Part shown: positions 38,297 to 48,145 of the stretch, one piece after another | Position numbering within the stretch: the stretch's first letter is position 1 | Layout of the letters: the number at the start of each line of letters is the position of its first letter | DNA from: a virus | Lineage: Duplodnaviria > Caudoviricetes | Length of the DNA stretch: 64,000 nt | Strand: one strand, 5' to 3' | IMG/VR virus record: IMGVR_UViG_3300050821_001373 | Location: 1,472-65,471 of that record | Made by a program: the position numbers and the translations under genes | Notes under the pieces: generated by a model | Told to the model about the DNA's origin: nothing | Seen by the model: only the letters and a program-made list of their open reading frames with translations | Database searches by the model: none

Positions 38297-38527
38297 ATGA
38301 CCTGCAGATGCTCCAAGACCAACGACATCTCCAGCCCGGTCGAGATTTTCGAAACGCTTGACCAGATGCTTCGGGACGACAACCGCCGCCCGGTCGCGGA
38401 GATGCTTCCGGTCGAGCAGCATGCGGCGATTGCGTTCGCCATGGGTGCGCTGATCGTCGCGTTCCCTGCGGCCCTTGCTCACAAGCGAGCTGCCGAGCTG
38501 GGCCTGATCCATGAGGATGTGGCGTGA
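38297..38527 (+). CDS. hypothetical protein
   Basis: GGGGG RBS; overlaps next start. Confidence 0.5.
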   Translation: MTCRCSKTNDISSPVEIFETLDQMLRDDNRRPVAEMLPVEQHAAIAFAMGALIVAFPAALAHKRAAELGLIHEDVA

Positions 38528-38913
38528 GACCCAGGCTCCACGATGACAAGTATCTTGCCTTCCTGCGCACCAAGCCGTGCTGCGTTTGCCAGAACGGGCG
38601 GGTGGAAGGCATCGAGGCTGCCCACATCAGGATCGGGTTCGGCGCGCTCGGCAAGAAGCCGGATGACCGATTTGCAACGCCGCTGTGCAGCTACCATCAC
38701 CGGCTGCAGCACAGCATGAACGAGGCGCGGTTCTGGCAGGATTACGGGCTGGATCCGTGCGAGATCGCAGATCGCCTTTACGCCGAATACGGCGGCACCG
38801 GCGGCAAGCCGCGCCAGAAGCGCAAGGCGGTGAAGCCGCGCAAGCCGAAGCATTTGAGGCAGAAGATCCGCAGCCGCGGATTTCCGAAGAAGGAGCAACT
38901 ATGCAGGCAGTGA
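38524..38913 (+). CDS. DUF968-like Zn-binding (HNH-related) protein
   Basis: YLAFLRTKPCCVC, AAHIR, KPDD...PLCSYHH. Confidence 0.7.
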   Translation: MRPRLHDDKYLAFLRTKPCCVCQNGRVEGIEAAHIRIGFGALGKKPDDRFATPLCSYHHRLQHSMNEARFWQDYGLDPCEIADRLYAEYGGTGGKPRQKRKAVKPRKPKHLRQKIRSRGFPKKEQLCRQ

Positions 38914-39113
38914 AGCGCAGCAGCAATATTTCCCACGTCGGCTATGAGGGGACGACGCTGACGATCCAATTTAAGAACGGATCGAAGTGGTCATATGCCG
39001 ACGTTCCGGAGCACATTCATCGGGACCTGATGGCCTCCGACTCGGTCGGCGGGTACTTCGGCTCGCACGTCAAGAACAAGTTCAAGGGGACGAAGCATGA
39101 GGAGGGAAGGTGA
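38901..39113 (+). CDS. KTSC domain protein
   Basis: SSNISHVGY...LTIQFKNG...Y.DVP...SVGGYF; AAGGAG RBS. Confidence 0.8.
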   Translation: MQAVKRSSNISHVGYEGTTLTIQFKNGSKWSYADVPEHIHRDLMASDSVGGYFGSHVKNKFKGTKHEEGR

Positions 39114-39565
39114 CCGCGAAAGACTGGCTTGATCATGTGGCTGCTGCATGGGATCGCGACGAATGCCTCGCGTTCCCCTACAGCATCGGAAGCCATGGGT
39201 ATGGCCAGTTTTCGGCTAAACGCCTTTCAAAGCAGCCTTTGTTGGCTCACCGCTATATTTGCAAAAAAGCGCATGGAAGCCCGCCAGAAGGTGAGTTCAT
39301 GGCTGCCGCGCATTCGTGCGGAAATAGGATTTGCGTCAATCCGCGACATCTCCGATGGGCCACTTACGCCGAAAACGAAGATGATAAGCGCGAACACGGC
39401 AGAATGCAGATAGGCGAGCGCCACGCCATGGCGAAGTTGTCGAGATCAGATGTGATCTCGATCAGAGGAACGACGGGCCTCAACAAGGATATTGCCACGC
39501 AATTCGGCGTGACGAAGTCAACGATCGGGGACATCAAAAGGAGACGATCATGGAAGCACATTTGA
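39110..39565 (+). CDS. HNH homing endonuclease
   Basis: AHR...AAHSCGNRICVNPRHLRWAT..EN plus C-terminal HTH. Confidence 0.85.
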   Translation: MTAKDWLDHVAAAWDRDECLAFPYSIGSHGYGQFSAKRLSKQPLLAHRYICKKAHGSPPEGEFMAAAHSCGNRICVNPRHLRWATYAENEDDKREHGRMQIGERHAMAKLSRSDVISIRGTTGLNKDIATQFGVTKSTIGDIKRRRSWKHI

Positions 39566-40605
39566 CACCGAGCTATGACCGATGGCGTCAACGTCTGGCG
39601 GGAGAGAAGGTGGTCACCTACACCGAGCCCGACGCTCAAGACCTGGGCTTCTACCGCCTCCCGATCAAGGAGCGGAAGAAGAACGCGGCCGGCGAGAACA
39701 ATGGCCAGTGGAAGACGATCGGGTTCAAGCCGGTGGCACTGTATATTGCGGGCGAGAATTTGGCTTGCCAGATCGGCAATCTTGGCATCGACGACGATCA
39801 ACGCAACGATGCCTGGACGTCGTTCGTTCGGCACCCGATTACGGAGGAGGTCTGGCGGGCGGTCGCCGAGCGCGGCGAACCTTGGCCGGACTTCGCCGCG
39901 CCTGACGCTGCTGCTGCAAAGGCGATTGTTGAGGGGCGGTTCACAGAGATGGAGCCGCTGGGAGATTCCAAGTCTCCAGCCCCGCCGCATCTCGACATCA
40001 AGGCACGGCTGGTCGCGCTCAAGGCCAGTGTCTCGGCGTTCGCCAAGATCGAGAGCGACGAGCAGTCCTCGGCGGCGCGCGGGCTGCAGGCGCAGTTCCT
40101 AGAGCTGAAGGGCGAGGCGGCCGGACACTACGAGCAGGCAAGCCGGCCCTTGCTCGAGCAGCAGAAGAAGCTGCGCGAGATCTGGTTCCCGCTCCGGGAT
40201 GAGGCGGACGAGGCCAAGACCGCGCTCGGCACCGCCATGGGGCTGTGGGAGGATGAGAAGCGGGCAGCGGCCAAGCGCGCATCGGACGAAGCCGCCAAGA
40301 GGGCGATCGAGCACGAGGCCGCAAAAGTGGCTGCAGAGGCAGCCAACAAGCCGCCGCCGCCTCCGCCAGAGGTGGAGAGGCCGAACATGCCAATGCCGTC
40401 GTCCCAGATCAAGGCACCTGGTGCGCGAGCGGCGAAGGTGAAGCTGCAGCGGATCGTCACCGAGATCGACGTCGAGAAGGCGTTCGCCCAGTTCAAGGCG
40501 GCGCCGGAGGTCCGCGAGGTGCTGATGGCCCTGGCGCAGCGGGCGATCACCGCTGGCCTTCCGGTCGATGGGGCGACCATTCAGGAGAGGAGCAAGGTGT
40601 CGTGA
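39550..40605 (+). CDS. hypothetical protein (coiled-coil, recombination module)
   Basis: 351 aa ORF with phage-like codon usage upstream of recT. Confidence 0.65.
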   Translation: MEAHLTPSYDRWRQRLAGEKVVTYTEPDAQDLGFYRLPIKERKKNAAGENNGQWKTIGFKPVALYIAGENLACQIGNLGIDDDQRNDAWTSFVRHPITEEVWRAVAERGEPWPDFAAPDAAAAKAIVEGRFTEMEPLGDSKSPAPPHLDIKARLVALKASVSAFAKIESDEQSSAARGLQAQFLELKGEAAGHYEQASRPLLEQQKKLREIWFPLRDEADEAKTALGTAMGLWEDEKRAAAKRASDEAAKRAIEHEAAKVAAEAANKPPPPPPEVERPNMPMPSSQIKAPGARAAKVKLQRIVTEIDVEKAFAQFKAAPEVREVLMALAQRAITAGLPVDGATIQERSKVS

Positions 40606-40808
40606 TTACCGAAAGCGAAGCAAAAATGAAAGTTTGCCCAAAAATGACGTATTGCGTCAATGAGGCCAACGTCACGCAAGACGGTCACAGCGCGATTTAT
40701 TATCAAGCTAATTGCCACGGATCTGCCTGCATGGCGTGGCGCTGGGCCAATGCACTGAGCCGTTCTAATGGCGGCTACTGCGGAGCATTTGGTGAGCCGT
40801 CAAATTGA
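40602..40808 (+). CDS. small Cys-rich protein
   Basis: TESEAKMKVCP...CHGSACMAWRW...GYCG family. Confidence 0.65.
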   Translation: MITESEAKMKVCPKMTYCVNEANVTQDGHSAIYYQANCHGSACMAWRWANALSRSNGGYCGAFGEPSN

Positions 40809-40869
40809 TCCGTTGACACAAGCCCCGCCGGTCGCCGATAGTGGCGGCCGGACATTGGAGGGACGACCA

Positions 40870-41991
40870 GTGAACCAGATTGTGGCCCGACCGTCGAAGG
40901 TCGAGGAATATCGTATTCAGGTGCTGCCACCTGAGAAGGCTGCCGACCTTTGGCGGTCAATGCCGAAGCACATCACGCCGGCGCTGTTCGAGCGCAACCT
41001 GATGAACGCGTTGATGGCGAATCCGACGCTGATGGATTTCGATCCTCGGCTGGTCTACCGCGAGGTGGTGAAGGCGGCGGCCCTCGGTATGCTGCTCGAC
41101 CCGCTCCTCGGTGAGGCCTATATCGTCACGGCCTACAATTATAAGACCCGTAAGACCGAGCCGCAATTGCGAATCGGCTACAAGGGCATGAACAAGCTGG
41201 CGCGGCAGACCGGCCATGTTGCCAGCATCTACGCACACGAGGTGCATGCGCTTGATGATGTCGAGTGCGATCTCGGCTTCCCGAAGGTGTTCCACCACAA
41301 GCCGAAGCTGTTCGTCGATCGCGGACCGGTCGTTGGGTATGTAGCGCTGATCACCTTCAAGGATGGCACGTTCGATTTCGAGCCGATGTCGGTGGAACAG
41401 TGCCAATCAATCCGCGACCGATCCGACGCATGGAAGGCCTTCAAGGAAGGCAAGATTAAGTCCACGCCATGGTCGACCGACGAGGTCGAAATGTCGAAAA
41501 AGACCGCTCTCCGCCGGCTCATGAAGCGTCAGGAGCAGTCGCCAGAACTGGCGCGCGCCAACCGGATCGAGGACGAGGCTGAAGGGTTTGAGGATCGCGT
41601 CGATCCGATGGCTGCACCGTTGCGCGTCCCGTCGCCCTCTGAGGTCGAGCAGATCGAAGATCACGGCTCCGACAAATACCGCCCGGGCGACGAGGTCCAG
41701 GTGCAGGGCACGGTGCCGTCGGCGCCGCAGGACGATCCGATCACCTCGGGGCCGATCCAGACCGCGGCCGGTCCGAAGCGCGAAGGCCCCTCGATGGAGG
41801 GCAAGGGCTACGATGACCGCTTCACCTGGGCGCTCGACAAGATCAAGCACGGCGATGACGGCGGCTGGCTGGAGACGTTCTGGAACACCCAGATCGAGCC
41901 GGACGTCAAGGAATGGATGCCGCCAGACTATCAGGAGCTTGCCAAGGCCTACGGCGCTCGGCTGGAAGAACTCAACTCGGACGGGAGCTGA
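40870..41991 (+). CDS. recT: RecT-family ssDNA annealing protein
   Basis: AAALG...GEAYIV...QLRIGYKG...PW...EMSKKTALRRL; GGAGG RBS before GTG 40870. Confidence 0.9.
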   Translation: MNQIVARPSKVEEYRIQVLPPEKAADLWRSMPKHITPALFERNLMNALMANPTLMDFDPRLVYREVVKAAALGMLLDPLLGEAYIVTAYNYKTRKTEPQLRIGYKGMNKLARQTGHVASIYAHEVHALDDVECDLGFPKVFHHKPKLFVDRGPVVGYVALITFKDGTFDFEPMSVEQCQSIRDRSDAWKAFKEGKIKSTPWSTDEVEMSKKTALRRLMKRQEQSPELARANRIEDEAEGFEDRVDPMAAPLRVPSPSEVEQIEDHGSDKYRPGDEVQVQGTVPSAPQDDPITSGPIQTAAGPKREGPSMEGKGYDDRFTWALDKIKHGDDGGWLETFWNTQIEPDVKEWMPPDYQELAKAYGARLEELNSDGS

Positions 41992-42091
41992 ACCATGCTC
42001 CGAGTTGCCTGCGTCGTGGTGGTGTCTGCGGTTCTTGCCGCAAGCATCACCTAGTTGGCCGCCCCGCTCGTCGTGCATCTGATGGAGGTCT

Positions 42092-42415
42092 ATGGTGGTT
42101 GAGAGGTATAATCCCAAACGGCTTCGTTCTGAAGCGCAGCATATGATATCGTGCTTGCGCGAAAGGCAGGACGATAAGCTATGCTTGGATGCGGCAGAAG
42201 AAATGGACCGCATGCGGACCGAACTCTTCAACCTCAGCAATCGCATTCGGAATCAGCGAGCAAGCCTGCGCGAGAACTGGCAGATTATCGAGATGCGTGC
42301 GCAATATCGCCGGGCATGGTACCCCTCGCCATTGCTTACCTCGATTCTCAATAAAAGCCGACATGAGCGCAGAACGTCGTTCTGGCGACGTATCTTCGGG
42401 TCGGTCGGATGGTAG
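42092..42415 (+). CDS. hypothetical protein
   Basis: GGAGG RBS. Confidence 0.55.
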   Translation: MVVERYNPKRLRSEAQHMISCLRERQDDKLCLDAAEEMDRMRTELFNLSNRIRNQRASLRENWQIIEMRAQYRRAWYPSPLLTSILNKSRHERRTSFWRRIFGSVGW

Positions 42416-42879
42416 AAATCATACTCAAAAAGCGCAAGGCGCTGGCTGGCGAGGTCGGCCTGTTCCTCGACGCGGCCGGGATTTTCGATGAGGAATGGAG
42501 CAGCCTGCCCCATGACGTGGATATCAAGGCGGAGTGCACGGTCCCAGGAAATCTCCGGTTCCTCAAGTTCTTCTGGGCTCTCGTCGGTAAAGTGGTTGAG
42601 AATACGCCGGAAAACCGTTTCCTCGACAAGGAAGACATGAAGCGCGAACTTCTATTGCGCGCGAGGCACTTCAAGATCATGGAGACTGGCGAGTTGCGTG
42701 CCATGTCGATCGCCGGGCTATCTGCCGACACATGGATTCGCCTGCTGCGCCGCTGTACCCACGTCGTGATCACGCATTACCTGCCGGGGATGGAAGAAGG
42801 CGTGCTCAAAGCCGAAATTTGCACTATGCTGGGGATGGACGTGTTCGCGCCGCAACCGAAATCGAAGGCAACCCAATGA
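42409..42879 (+). CDS. DUF1367/NinB-like protein
   Basis: NLRFLKFFWAL...SIA pattern; position after recT. Confidence 0.45.
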   Translation: MVEIILKKRKALAGEVGLFLDAAGIFDEEWSSLPHDVDIKAECTVPGNLRFLKFFWALVGKVVENTPENRFLDKEDMKRELLLRARHFKIMETGELRAMSIAGLSADTWIRLLRRCTHVVITHYLPGMEEGVLKAEICTMLGMDVFAPQPKSKATQ

Positions 42880-42982
42880 CCACCGTGCTCGTGCTCCTCG
42901 CGATCTCAGCATTTTGTCTCGTGGCCTACGTGCTTGCAGAGAGCAGGGTGGGGAGTGGCGGGGGATACAAGGGAGGGAAGAG

Positions 42983-43252
42983 ATGAGCGAACAGATATTT
43001 TACGGTTGGTATGATGACGCGTCACAGCAGCTTGACAAGCCGACTTATGATCCACCGCATGATGCGCCTTGTCCGTTCTGCGGTATCAAGATCAAGCCGG
43101 GTGACGTACGCACGCACAGCCTGATGTATGCAGAGGGATACGCTAAGCGCAGCTATTTCTATCGAACACACCGCACTTGCGCAGAAGCTGATCAGACCGG
43201 TGTCGGCATGGACGATTTCATTTTCGGAATGATCAGGCACAACGGAGATTGA
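42983..43252 (+). CDS. hypothetical protein with CPFC motif
   Basis: GGAGGG RBS. Confidence 0.5.
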   Translation: MSEQIFYGWYDDASQQLDKPTYDPPHDAPCPFCGIKIKPGDVRTHSLMYAEGYAKRSYFYRTHRTCAEADQTGVGMDDFIFGMIRHNGD

Positions 43253-43255
43253 ACC

Positions 43256-43471
43256 ATGATCGACCTCCCCACCCTCATCACCAAGCTCCGCCAGCGAAGG
43301 TGCCTACATTGGTTCGATGCGCCCTACACGACAACGTATGACATCAGCTACGGTGCGATCATTTGTTGCGAGCAAAAGCAGATGGAAGTCACAAATGAGC
43401 ATCGTATTTGTTCGAAGTGTCAATATCACGACACGCGGCGAGTGAGCAGCGTCGATAAGGGATGGTCATGA
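43256..43471 (+). CDS. hypothetical Cys-rich protein
   Basis: GGAG RBS; CLH...CSKC. Confidence 0.5.
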   Translation: MIDLPTLITKLRQRRCLHWFDAPYTTTYDISYGAIICCEQKQMEVTNEHRICSKCQYHDTRRVSSVDKGWS

Positions 43472-43520
43472 TCAACATCGCAGAACTCATCACCAAGCTC
43501 CGCACAGAGGAATAAACGAG

Positions 43521-43880
43521 ATGAGCGAAGAAGTGACACTAGCGAATTGTCCGATCGGACTATTCCTTTCTGAGGGCGGAGAGCTCTGCCTCAAGACCGA
43601 GTACGGCAACAACGATGGCCGTATCGACGCCTATATCGTCTCGTCTGGCGAGTTTTTCTGGGGCGCTGCGCCTCAGACGATAGTAAGCCAGCGCGCGCAG
43701 ATGGTCACACCGGTTGAGAATGTGGCGCTACGGAAGCGGCCGGTCGCATTTCGGTTTCCTGATTTCGCAGATCGGTGGGTTATTCTGCAGGATGAGGAGG
43801 CCGCTCAAATAGAGGCTGACCGGCGCGGTGTTAACTATGAGGGGCTGTACGTCCGTGATTTGCCGGGAGCAGGTGCATGA
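43521..43880 (+). CDS. hypothetical protein
   Basis: CPIGLF...LKTEY...YIVSSGEFFWG motif; GAGG RBS. Confidence 0.6.
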   Translation: MSEEVTLANCPIGLFLSEGGELCLKTEYGNNDGRIDAYIVSSGEFFWGAAPQTIVSQRAQMVTPVENVALRKRPVAFRFPDFADRWVILQDEEAAQIEADRRGVNYEGLYVRDLPGAGA

Positions 43881-44395
43881 CCTTGGATATATCAGCACTG
43901 CTTCATAAGCTCCGCACAGCCCCACAGCGCCAAGGCACGTTCGGCCGCGGCGATCCCAAGCCTCTCGACGAATACCGGGTGGTGCTGACCGCGGAGGAGC
44001 GGGACTGGCTGGCGGGCGTTGCCGAGGAGCATTGCACGTCGGCGGCAATCCGATCCAAGGCCGACGTGGTGGTCAATCTGGGGCGATCAGTAGAGGATTA
44101 TCCCGTCAGGAGACAAATCATGAGAGATACCAAACTTCCACCGGTGCCGTGGATTCGTGGCGAAGACAATAAAGTTGAGTTCCTGATCTGCGCGAATGGC
44201 AAAGGCAATCAAGAGGCGCATGCTCGCGCTAATTCTGCAGAGGTGGCGAACTTCATCGTAGACGCCTGTAACGCCTATGACAGGCTCGTAGCAGAGCTCG
44301 AGGAGTGGAAACAGGCCGCCTCCGTAGAGGCTGGACTGCGCCGTGAAGCTCATGCCGAGATCGACCGTCTCAAGCGAACATCGGGAGAGGGATGA
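43877..44395 (+). CDS. hypothetical (Ead/Ea22-like) protein
   Basis: PW...ANFIVDACN...AEIDRL. Confidence 0.55.
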   Translation: MTLDISALLHKLRTAPQRQGTFGRGDPKPLDEYRVVLTAEERDWLAGVAEEHCTSAAIRSKADVVVNLGRSVEDYPVRRQIMRDTKLPPVPWIRGEDNKVEFLICANGKGNQEAHARANSAEVANFIVDACNAYDRLVAELEEWKQAASVEAGLRREAHAEIDRLKRTSGEG

Positions 44396-44540
44396 TGATG
44401 AGGGGTCTCCGATGGTATCTCACACTGCGGCCGGCCAGCGCGATTTTTATATCGAAGCTCATGACGATGCATAGCTACGAAAAGCAATTCGGTGCTGAGG
44501 AAATGCGTAGGGCGCGGGCATGGTGCAAGGAAGTATATCG

Positions 44541-44957
44541 ATGATGGACGAGATGAAAGAGAAGATCGCGCGGGCGATCACCGGGCCCACCCAGTACGAT
44601 GATCTAAAGCGGATGGGAAAGCACGCCAGTTGTCTGTTATCAGCCCAAGCCGCCCTCACCGCGATAGAGGCCGCTGGCTATGTCGTGGTGCCGAAAGAGC
44701 CGACAGAAGCGATGGTTGACGCTGGGCTGTCAGAAGATGGCGGCGGCCACGATGATCCATGCAATAGGTCAATCCAAGCCTCTGCTTACAAAGCCATGAT
44801 CGAAGCAGCAAAGGCCCAGCCCGTTGGCTCACGCCAGATCGAACCTCATCTTGTCGGTGGCGGCATCAACCTCGACCACTACGCCACCCTCGCCGACTCT
44901 GCCGCCTCCTTCGATCCTGAGAAGCAGTTCGAGAAGGACAGGGAGGAGGGAAAATGA
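44541..44957 (+). CDS. hypothetical protein
   Basis: GYVVVPKEPTEAM...YKAMIEAA common phage motif. Confidence 0.6.
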   Translation: MMDEMKEKIARAITGPTQYDDLKRMGKHASCLLSAQAALTAIEAAGYVVVPKEPTEAMVDAGLSEDGGGHDDPCNRSIQASAYKAMIEAAKAQPVGSRQIEPHLVGGGINLDHYATLADSAASFDPEKQFEKDREEGK

Positions 44958-44972
44958 GCGCTACCATGCCGC

Positions 44973-47033
44973 TTAAGGATGCGTCGGCTCCGCCGGTTGC
45001 GTCGTGATGTAGGCCGAGAATGCATTCTGCGTCGTCGAGATCTGCATGTTGGTCTGACGCAGTATGGTGGTGCCGGGATTGGACCACGGGAAACCCTGAT
45101 ATAGCCCCGCCTTCAGATAGGCCCCGGTGTCGTTGTCCCAGAGAGCAGAGGGGCCTTTCGAGCAGATCAACGGCAGCGTCGAGCCGCGTGGCCCTGCGTT
45201 GATGGTGATCGTGTCGGTGGTGTGGTTCGTCGACCAGAACCCCTCGATTTCCACCGCATAGGTCGTGCCGACCGTCAGGGTAAACGGAGAGCCGCAATTG
45301 GTCGTGACCGGATTGCCCCCGCTCTCGCAACATTGCGTCTGGAACTGAATCTGCCCATTCAGGCACGAGAACGTGACAAGGTCGGGCGTGCCCGGACTGC
45401 CGGCGCCGTCGTTGTAGTGGACCTGGCCGCCGTAGCACCAGTCTCCGTTATGTGTCTGATATTGCTCGAAATTGAACGTGTAATAGATCGAAAAATGCTG
45501 GCCGGGCGTAAACACCAGAGCATTATCGATCTCGGACCGCTCCTGGATCGTGATATTTGCGTCGCTGTCGCCGGGCTGGACGATGAATCGCCACATCGTG
45601 GCGGTGTTATTGATGTTGGTCGCGCGCGCTATCGAGGGCCAGACATAGCCGCCTGATTGCGGGTGCCACGACTGCCCGAGCACGTCCGGGCCATAAGTGT
45701 TCTGGCCATAGGCATTGTTCGGCCCAGTGTAGGCATTCGGCACGTAGCTGCCAGCCATCGTGAAGCCGTCCGACGTGTTCGGTGCGAACGGGAACGTGTT
45801 GCCACCCTGACCCTGCAGGAAGGTCGCCATCGCCACGCGGCTGGCCTGCGTCGACGGATAGAGCACCATCGTCTCAAAGCACGAATTGCTGGCGCTCTCC
45901 GAGCCCGAGGCGTTCGCGAACAGCGTCATGCCCACGTTGGTCGAATAGGTGATGTTGCCACCGGTCGCGATGGTACCCAGGCTCACCGCGTCATAGTTCA
46001 ACTGGGTGGTCGAGGTGTCGTAATCCCAGACAGCCATCTGGCTGCGCATGCCGTTGTCAATCCGGAACTGTCCGAAGACCGGGGACCCGTTGCGCGCCGC
46101 GTTGAAATCGCTGGCCTGGTTCGAGCTCGCCGATGCCGCGCCGACGCCCCAATAGGCCACGCTGTCGAACTGCGCGCCGGCCGGGCCGTTCATGATCCAG
46201 ACGCCGCCGCCGACCGAATTGGTGATGGTTAGGGTGTCGCCGGTCTGCGTGCCGGTCGGCCCGATATTGCCGGGCGCGAACGCCATCGTGCCCGTGGTGC
46301 CGGTCGGCAGCGTGTTCAGGTAGGACTGACCGGTGCCCGAGGTGGCCGAGGCGTGCGGGATGAAACCAGCACTGTCATAGATGCCGGGGCTGGTGCCGAG
46401 TTGCGTCTGGTTGTTCGCCGTCGAGAGACCGACCTGCGAGGCCATGGAGGCGATATTGGCCGAACCGTTCGTGATGTTGCCGGTCGTGACCCATGTCGGC
46501 AGGTTCGCCTGGCTCCATTTATAATCCAGCGTGTGCAGGTTCGCGACCATGAACAGGTGCTGCTGCGCGGTGTTGACGGTCGAGCTAAACGTCGTCGTCA
46601 TCTTCGAACCCGGCTGCGGACAAACCGCGAGCAGGGAGTTCTCGTCGACAATCACCCGCGCCTTATGCCCAGCCGTAGAGGCATCCGATGCGTTGATGCC
46701 GTTGACCTGATCGACCCAGGTGTTCAGGTAGCAATAGGTGCTGGCACAGAACGTGTTGAAGCTGGCGACGTCGACCTTGCCGTTCGAGAGGAAGCCGATC
46801 GCCTGCGTCGCGCTGTCGCTCTGCCGCTGGACCGTCCCCCAACTGCCGGCATAACTGGAATTGAGCTTGTAGGCCGAAACGCCCCACGTCGCCCCGGTGT
46901 AGGTGTTGAGCAGCCCGGAGAATGACCCACCACCCCCGCCTCCGCCGTTTACCGCAGCCTGAAAGAACGCGGCATTGACCGGCAAAGCAGCGATGATCGC
47001 TGTCAGGAGGCCGGCGAAAAGGATACGCTTCAT
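44973..47033 (-). CDS. signal-peptide protein with ConA/LamG-like domain and C-terminal polysaccharide-lyase-like domain
   Basis: MKRILFAGLLTAIIAALPVNA|; SAYKLNSSYAG...QRQSDSATQAIGF; ERSEI...GQVH...YLKAGLY; 10 Cys. Confidence 0.75.
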   Translation of the reverse strand: MKRILFAGLLTAIIAALPVNAAFFQAAVNGGGGGGGSFSGLLNTYTGATWGVSAYKLNSSYAGSWGTVQRQSDSATQAIGFLSNGKVDVASFNTFCASTYCYLNTWVDQVNGINASDASTAGHKARVIVDENSLLAVCPQPGSKMTTTFSSTVNTAQQHLFMVANLHTLDYKWSQANLPTWVTTGNITNGSANIASMASQVGLSTANNQTQLGTSPGIYDSAGFIPHASATSGTGQSYLNTLPTGTTGTMAFAPGNIGPTGTQTGDTLTITNSVGGGVWIMNGPAGAQFDSVAYWGVGAASASSNQASDFNAARNGSPVFGQFRIDNGMRSQMAVWDYDTSTTQLNYDAVSLGTIATGGNITYSTNVGMTLFANASGSESASNSCFETMVLYPSTQASRVAMATFLQGQGGNTFPFAPNTSDGFTMAGSYVPNAYTGPNNAYGQNTYGPDVLGQSWHPQSGGYVWPSIARATNINNTATMWRFIVQPGDSDANITIQERSEIDNALVFTPGQHFSIYYTFNFEQYQTHNGDWCYGGQVHYNDGAGSPGTPDLVTFSCLNGQIQFQTQCCESGGNPVTTNCGSPFTLTVGTTYAVEIEGFWSTNHTTDTITINAGPRGSTLPLICSKGPSALWDNDTGAYLKAGLYQGFPWSNPGTTILRQTNMQISTTQNAFSAYITTQPAEPTHP

Positions 47034-48145
47034 GGGAACACCGTCGGATTTACCGTATGAACGAATGCGTAGATTCGGTTGAACACGCGAAGCTGGCCAG
47101 CAGAGCCCAACGAACCGCCGACAGCCACGGCGAACACCGGTTCAAGGTATGTCGATCCGGAGCCAGCGCACTGCCAGCCTTGAGCCGTGGTGTTGTTCGG
47201 CGCTGAGGGAGTTCCGGTGGCCGAGCCATTGGTTGCACCGTTATAATAATTGGTAAGGGTGGTGCCACTGAGATCACCCGCAAATAGGCCGGAAGCCGTG
47301 CCGGCGGTGCCGGTAGCGAAGCCAACGCCGTTAATCGCACCGCCCATGCCGCCGCCGAACGAAAACACCTGCATGTTGATATCAAACGAAGGCGCCGCCT
47401 CGCCGATCGGGCAGTTGTTATCGGCCGTTGCACCACCCAGCGTGCCGGCCATCAGCATGGCGCTCGACGTCTTGTAATTGGTCGCCGTCGAGTAATTCAG
47501 GCCGGTGTTGAGCGTGGCGTTACCGGTGGGGGTATAGCTCGTGTTGGTCGTGAACGTCGCGGTGCCGGTGATCGTGGCGCTGGTGGCCGTGATGATGTCC
47601 TTGAGCGCCGCGGCCGTGCTGTCGGTGGCGTGGATATACAGCCGGTCCAGCTTGGCGAAGTCGCCATCAGTGACCATACCGCAGATCATCGTCTGATAGG
47701 CAGTGGTGTAGGCCGTGGTAATACCAGACAGGAACGCGGCAGACTCCGTACAACCGCTGCCACTCGCCGCGATCGTCAGCGTGAACGCCGATCCGCAGTT
47801 AGCCACTGTGGTTGTACTGTCAGTGACCTTGACTTGAATGCTGGGGAACGTTCCGGAGACGGATGGGGTGCCTGAAATGATGCCGGTCGAGGAGCTGATT
47901 GAAAGCCCGGTCGGTAGCGACCCGGTCTCCGAGAACGTGTAAGCTGGCGTTCCGCCCGAGGCGCTGGGCGTCGCGCCGGTGTAGAGAGTGCCCTGCGTTC
48001 CCGAGGTGACTGGCGTATAGGAACAGGACAGCGCTCCGCTTGAGATCTTGGTCGGGTTGCTCCAGCCATCAAGAGAGCCGTTCCAGCCAGCGTGCGCACC
48101 GATGCAGGTGAACGATAGCAGGCCAGCGATTAGCAGTTTTTTCAT
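47030..48145 (-). CDS. signal-peptide protein with He_PIG (putative Ig) domain
   Basis: MKKLLIAGLLSFTCIGAHA|; ASGGTPAYTFS..GSLPTGLSISSSTGIISGTP; 6 mature Cys. Confidence 0.75.
   Translation of the reverse strand: MKKLLIAGLLSFTCIGAHAGWNGSLDGWSNPTKISSGALSCSYTPVTSGTQGTLYTGATPSASGGTPAYTFSETGSLPTGLSISSSTGIISGTPSVSGTFPSIQVKVTDSTTTVANCGSAFTLTIAASGSGCTESAAFLSGITTAYTTAYQTMICGMVTDGDFAKLDRLYIHATDSTAAALKDIITATSATITGTATFTTNTSYTPTGNATLNTGLNYSTATNYKTSSAMLMAGTLGGATADNNCPIGEAAPSFDINMQVFSFGGGMGGAINGVGFATGTAGTASGLFAGDLSGTTLTNYYNGATNGSATGTPSAPNNTTAQGWQCAGSGSTYLEPVFAVAVGGSLGSAGQLRVFNRIYAFVHTVNPTVFP

Noticed and set aside
39110-39565. HNH gene as part of an intron or intein
   Set aside because: Free-standing ORF overlapping its neighbours' ends; no interrupted host gene or splice motifs evident
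48089-48145. Lipoprotein signal in the 47030 ORF (Cys in leader)
   Set aside because: SFTC is not a lipobox, and an AHA signal peptidase I site follows
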